NCBI GenBank assembly: GCA_021107705.1 | Contig: JAIOSJ010000129.1 | Coordinates: 7,754 to 71,753, forward strand | Source: Thermoanaerobaculales bacterium | Lineage (GTDB): Bacteria; Acidobacteriota; Thermoanaerobaculia; Thermoanaerobaculales; Sulfomarinibacteraceae | Length of the DNA stretch: 64,000 nt | Reading direction: 5' to 3' | In this document: positions 59,847-64,000 of the stretch, one piece after another | Position numbering within the stretch: the first letter of the stretch is position 1 | Layout of the letters: each line of letters opens with the position of its first letter | Made by a program: the position numbers and the translations under genes | Notes under the pieces: generated by a model | Databases searched by the model: none | Seen by the model: only the letters and a program-made list of their open reading frames with translations | Told to the model about the DNA's origin: nothing

Positions 59847-61931
59847 ATGAGTGTGAAGACCTTCGCCACCGAAAACATCCGCAATGTAGCCGTCACGGGC
59901 CACTCCGGCACCGGCAAGACCTCTCTGGTTTCCGCCATGCTTTTTGACACCGGCGCCGTGACCCGCCTGTTGAAGGTCGATGACGGGAACACGATCACCG
60001 ACTTCGACGAGGATGAACGTGAGCGAAAAATCACCATCAACACCTCCATCGCGTACGTCCAGCATCGGGATTGCAAAATCAACTTCCTGGACACACCCGG
60101 CTACGGCATTTATACGACTGATGCGTTGCAGGGTCTGAGGGTCGCCGACGCCGCTCTTTTGACGATTTCCGCCGTGAGTGGCGTTGAAGTCCAAACCGAC
60201 AAGATGTGGAGGGCGGCGGCCGGCTTTGATCTGCCGGTCTTCTTCGCCATCAACCTCATGGACAGAGACCGCGCCTCTTTCGAGCGGACCTTTTCGGCCC
60301 TGCAAAAGAAGTACGGCCGGGGGGTCACCTCGCTGCAGATTCCGATTGGCGCCGAAGGCGCCTTCTCAGGGGTGGTCGATCTGCTCTCGGGGCAAGCCTT
60401 CACCTGGGAACACAACGAAAGCGGGAAGCCAATGACCGTCGATGTTCCCGCCGACCTGGCCGACGAGGTTTCCAACGCACGTGAAGCCCTTACCGAGATG
60501 ATTGCCGAGCAAGATGAGGACCTGATGGAGAAGTACCTTGAAGAGGGCGAGCTTGACGCCGAGAGCCTGGCTCGCGGCCTCAAGGAGGCCATCAAGGCAC
60601 GTGAGATTTTCCCCGTCTTCACCCTCGCAGGCGGCCGGAACATCGGAGTGCAACCTCTCCTCGACGCAATCGTCAACCTGGCGCCGGCGCCTGACTGGCG
60701 ACCCGTGGAGGCGACCATCGACGGTGAGGCTCAGGAAATCAATGTCTCCGCCGACTCTCCGTTTATCGGCTATGTCTTCAAGACGATCTCCGACCCGTCT
60801 TCAGGCAGAATCTCTCTGATGAAGATCCTGTCCGGGGGCGTCACTGCCGATGTCACGGCGGCAAATCCGGCGAGGAATGCCTCGGAACGTCTTGGCGCCC
60901 TCTCCGTAGCCCAGGGGAAAAACCTCGAACATGTAACGGAACTGGCGGCAGGCGACATTGCCGCTGTTCCGAAGCTCAAGGAAACCAAGACCTGTGACAC
61001 TCTTTGTGCCGTCAAGACGGTCATTGAAGTTCCCACCGTACAGATTCCCGAACCGGCTATTTCCTTCGCCGTGGAACCCAAGTCCAAAAGTGACGAGGAC
61101 AAGCTCGGAGACGCCATGCGTCGCATCAGGGACGAGGATCCGACCATCGCTTTCCGGCGAGACCCACAGACGAAAGAACTGGTCATCGCCGGCACCGGTC
61201 AACTTCACGTCGAAGTGATCGTCAGCAAGTTGAAGAAGCGCTACAAAGTCGACGTCGACCTCCACCAACCGAAGGTGCCCTACCGCGAGACAATCACCGG
61301 ATCGACTGAAGTGACCACGCGGCACAAGAAACAGACCGGTGGATCGGGCCAATTCGCCCAGTGCACGATCACCATGGAAGCCAACAAAGGCCAGGGCTAC
61401 GAGTTCGTCGACAAGATCTTCGGCGGGTCCATCTCACAGACCTATCGCCCGGCAGTCGACAAGGGAATCCAAGAGGCAGCCGAGAAGGGCGTGCTCGCCG
61501 GTTATCCGATGGTGGACTTCAAGATCACGCTCACCGACGGCAAGGAGCACGCCGTCGACTCCTCAGAAATGGCCTTCAAATCCGCCGGGCGCAAGGCATT
61601 CAAGGACGCAGCCGCCAAGTGCAAACCCACCATCCTCGAACCGGTCATGACGGTTGAGGTCTACACCCCGGAAGATGCCATGGGTGATGTCATGGGTGAC
61701 CTTAACTCCAGGCGTGGACGCATGCAGGGCATGGACACCGAAGATGGCATGACAACCATCAAGGCGCATGTACCTCTTGCGGAGATGCTGACCTACGCAC
61801 CGACCCTGCGTTCCATCACCGGAGGACGCGGCGACTACCACATGGAATTGGGCGGCTATGTCGAGGTTCCGAAACAGTTCCAGGAAAAGGTCATCGCAGC
61901 CGCCAACCTCGAGGAAGAAGACGAAGACTAG
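59847..61931 (+). CDS. Elongation factor G-family GTPase (EF-G paralog, not in the str operon context)
   Basis: GAGGAG precedes ATG 59847. It has G1 GHSGTGKT, G2 region ERERKITI and G3 DTPGY, while G4 reads NLMD instead of NKxD. EF-G domains II-V are recognisable (GDIAAVPKLK..., HKKQTGGSGQFA, ILEPVM). Confidence 0.82.
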   Translation: MSVKTFATENIRNVAVTGHSGTGKTSLVSAMLFDTGAVTRLLKVDDGNTITDFDEDERERKITINTSIAYVQHRDCKINFLDTPGYGIYTTDALQGLRVADAALLTISAVSGVEVQTDKMWRAAAGFDLPVFFAINLMDRDRASFERTFSALQKKYGRGVTSLQIPIGAEGAFSGVVDLLSGQAFTWEHNESGKPMTVDVPADLADEVSNAREALTEMIAEQDEDLMEKYLEEGELDAESLARGLKEAIKAREIFPVFTLAGGRNIGVQPLLDAIVNLAPAPDWRPVEATIDGEAQEINVSADSPFIGYVFKTISDPSSGRISLMKILSGGVTADVTAANPARNASERLGALSVAQGKNLEHVTELAAGDIAAVPKLKETKTCDTLCAVKTVIEVPTVQIPEPAISFAVEPKSKSDEDKLGDAMRRIRDEDPTIAFRRDPQTKELVIAGTGQLHVEVIVSKLKKRYKVDVDLHQPKVPYRETITGSTEVTTRHKKQTGGSGQFAQCTITMEANKGQGYEFVDKIFGGSISQTYRPAVDKGIQEAAEKGVLAGYPMVDFKITLTDGKEHAVDSSEMAFKSAGRKAFKDAAAKCKPTILEPVMTVEVYTPEDAMGDVMGDLNSRRGRMQGMDTEDGMTTIKAHVPLAEMLTYAPTLRSITGGRGDYHMELGGYVEVPKQFQEKVIAAANLEEEDED

Positions 61932-61978
61932 ACCCAAATCAAACGCTAACTGGCGGCGAGCTTCGCCATCTCTTGGAT

Positions 61979-62006
61979 CGTTTGACCTTAGGATGGATTT
62001 TGACCC
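61979..62006 (+). repeat. TTGACC pair, copy B5 (short)
   Basis: CGTTTGACCTTAGGATGGATTTTGACCCC has the same TTTGACC motif pair as B1, B3 and B4. It lies about 100 nt left of MITE g. Confidence 0.4.
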
Positions 62007-62104
62007 CTCACTCGTTTCCTATAACAGCGTTACTGTCGGCATGGGGGGCCTGTGGCTTGATTGTTTCTCTGCTGTTGGCTGGGTTACTGATCGTCAGGAG
62101 ACGT

Positions 62105-62365
62105 TAGCCCGACCTTCTCACCAGTTTTCGTCGCGAGGGTCGTGAGACGTCGTACACAGCCGGTTCATTCTTGATTTGAACGACACAGTCGTAGTTCACA
62201 CTCCGTAGGGACCTTGAGAATAGCCCAACAGGACGGTCACGCCAACGGCGTGAGACCCCCGGAGGGGTCTGCGTGGGCTGGAGGAGGACACGTCGAGAAA
62301 AGCACGGCTGAGTGCTGCGCAAAGCGGTCCGTCCGCAAGCAGATTATGGTCAGAAATGAGGAATA
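62105..62365 (+). mobile_element. MITE copy g (261 bp, longest variant, degenerate right end)
   Basis: The sequence is TA-GCCCGACCTTCTCACC...AGATTATGGTCAGAAATGAGGAA-TA. The left TIR is intact and the right TIR is decayed. It shares internal blocks TTCGTCGCGAGGGT, GACACAGTCGTAGTT, GTCGAGAAAAGCAC and CCGCAAGCAGATTATGG. Confidence 0.6.
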
Positions 62366-62541
62366 TAGGGGCTCAGACTGGTGAGCTTGCCATCGCTGCA
62401 CGAGGAGGTGTATTCTGGATTTGTCGGTTCTCGACCTCAAAACGTCAGGCCGGGCAGGGGAGTGATTTCGCCGAAGTGGGCCGGTGGGTCCACCCGAAAA
62501 ACAAGGTAGAAGTGACAACAAGGAATGTGGAGGAGACAACA

Positions 62542-63399
62542 ATGAATAGGCAACATGGTTTGGTTTATCTCATCGGTCTTTTCGCGGCATTTGGTCTGTG
62601 CCTCGTTTCGGGCATGGCTGGGGCTGACGACATCGCCTGGGACATGATGGACAGCACAAGTCGGAATGTCGTGAGCTACATGAACGACGCACCTGCGTTC
62701 AGCAGCTCTGGCGACGGGTTCCAGAAATACACAGTGGTGCAGCAGGTGTGTCCGCCCATCCCCGTCCCCAACCTCAATGACATTCCTTACGCCGTGGTCG
62801 ATGACAGCGCCTGCATATATCCCACGGACGGGGGCGGCATCATTGACACCATGACGGATTTCGACGAGTTCTTCGGCGTCTGCGATACCGAAAACAGTCA
62901 AAACTCAGGTCCCGTTACGGCGACCTGGGTCTTCGACATCAGTTCGGCGGGGGACCACGTGCGATTGTCCGTCGATCTGGCTGCGATGGGCGATTTCGAG
63001 GCCGCGGACAGCTTCGTATGGACCTACCAGATCGACGCCGGCGCAGTCACTCCGTGGCTCACGGCGGTTGCCGACGAAGCCGGCGCCATGACATACACCT
63101 TGGCCAACGGAACGGCCGTGGATCTCAATGATCCGCTGGTTGTCGATGGGATTACCCTTTTAAATCGGTTCCAGACCTTTATGACACCCATCGACCGGGG
63201 CTCGCAGCTGACGGTGGTCTTCACGGTTACTACGGATGGCGGCAGCGAGGGCTTCGCGGCCCGAAACCTCTTGGTCAGAGACTTCGCCCCCGGGCAAGAG
63301 GGTGGGCAGCCTATTCCGACCCTGTCGACGGTAGGGATTGCGGCGATGATCCTGATGCTCATGGTCGTGGGTGTGTTCCTGTTCCGACGCCTCCGGTGA
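62542..63399 (+). CDS. Secreted hypothetical protein with IPTL-CTERM-type sorting signal
   Basis: GGAGGAG precedes ATG 62542, and the signal peptide is LVYLIGLFAAFGLCLVSGMAGA. The C-terminus reads QPIPTLSTVGIAAMILMLMVVGVFLFRRLR: an IPTL motif, a TM segment and a basic tail. Confidence 0.65.
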   Translation: MNRQHGLVYLIGLFAAFGLCLVSGMAGADDIAWDMMDSTSRNVVSYMNDAPAFSSSGDGFQKYTVVQQVCPPIPVPNLNDIPYAVVDDSACIYPTDGGGIIDTMTDFDEFFGVCDTENSQNSGPVTATWVFDISSAGDHVRLSVDLAAMGDFEAADSFVWTYQIDAGAVTPWLTAVADEAGAMTYTLANGTAVDLNDPLVVDGITLLNRFQTFMTPIDRGSQLTVVFTVTTDGGSEGFAARNLLVRDFAPGQEGGQPIPTLSTVGIAAMILMLMVVGVFLFRRLR

Positions 63400-63565
63400 T
63401 GGGGGTTCGGTTTCTTCGGAACCGGAACCGGTCGCTGTACTTCAGGCTGTGATTCAAACGGGCCATCCGTGCTCGATCACTTCGTCAGCCCGCAGCGGCT
63501 CTCCTTGGAAAAATGGCAGTCAACGACTCTCGGGAGAGAGGGTCATTCGAACAAAGGAGTTTTTT

Positions 63566-64000
63566 ATGCGCTTGATCCATCTTTCTCTCGTGACCTGTCT
63601 CGTGGCGGTCTCCACCGTCGCCATGGCCCGGAACTGCATTTCAACGACGCCATGGGTGCGCCCCTGATGCTCGACGAGATTGTCACCATCCAGGGGGTAG
63701 TCACGGCGCCAACCGGCGTCTTCAACGCGTCTCGCACCGAAGTCTTCATCCAGGACGACACCGGCGGCATGAACCTCTTCTCATTCAATCCTGTCTATCC
63801 GGATGACTACGACCTGGGTGACGAGGTCAAAGTGACGGGTACCATCATCGTGTTTAACGGATTGACGGAACTCGAGCCGATCACCGTCGAACTGATCGGC
63901 AAGGACCGGCCTCAGCCGACGCCGTTGCTGCTGACCTGCGCCGAACTGCGGGACAGCTACGATTTCGCGACCAACTCCGAGCCCACCGAGTCGCTCCTGA
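63566..64000 (+). pseudogene. 5' end of a secreted OB-fold/extracellular-nuclease-like protein, with the signal peptide out of frame (frameshift or base-call error); continues off the window
   Basis: AAAGGAG lies 7 nt before ATG 63566, giving MRLIHLSLVTCLVAVSTVAMA, then a stop at 63665-63667. The +2 frame from about 63631 reads ELHFNDAMGAPLMLDEIVTIQGVVTAPTGVFNASRTEVFIQDDTGGMNLF...GDEVKVTGTIIVFNGLTELEP and stays open to 64000. One extra G in GCCCGG (63626-63631) would join the two. Confidence 0.5.

Overview
GC-rich chromosomal segment from a diderm (Gram-negative-type) bacterium: Pal, CpoB/YbgF, Lgt, PBP1A and SppA are all present. An Acidobacteria-type VWFA protein and an IPTL-CTERM protein hint at an environmental lineage such as Acidobacteriota, but this is unproven. 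I call about 50 protein genes by reading the ORF translations. Most are housekeeping, envelope or transport genes: SppA, a KefB-like CPA2 antiporter, AbgT, an SLC12-like cotransporter, a RhlE-like DEAD-box helicase, an RRM protein, an S8 protease, a secreted LTD-endonuclease I, a hybrid histidine kinase with a REC-DUF4388 regulator, Lgt, Cdd, PBP1A, TrmH, Pal, CpoB, S20, PurC and an EF-G paralog. I recognised no rRNA, tRNA, CRISPR array, transposase, integrase or phage gene. Five things stand out. (1) A family of TA-flanked miniature inverted-repeat elements: 7 copies with ~20-nt terminal inverted repeats, three of them 181-182 bp, and four sitting exactly on stop codons. (2) A second family of T-tract/TTGACC AT-rich intergenic arrays. 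(3) A translationally coupled five-gene envelope operon: TPR/barrel-like, Cys-less rhodanese, MauE/DoxX, DsbA-like and Trx-like secreted protein. (4) A co-directional cluster of SpeE-like, GSP-synthetase-like ATP-grasp, FGase, VWA and SpeE-like genes. (5) Several decayed genes: a permease remnant, an OMF remnant, a truncated orphan mazE and two frameshifts. Everything was done by eye and hand translation. No database search or folding program was run, so family names are recognition-level calls.
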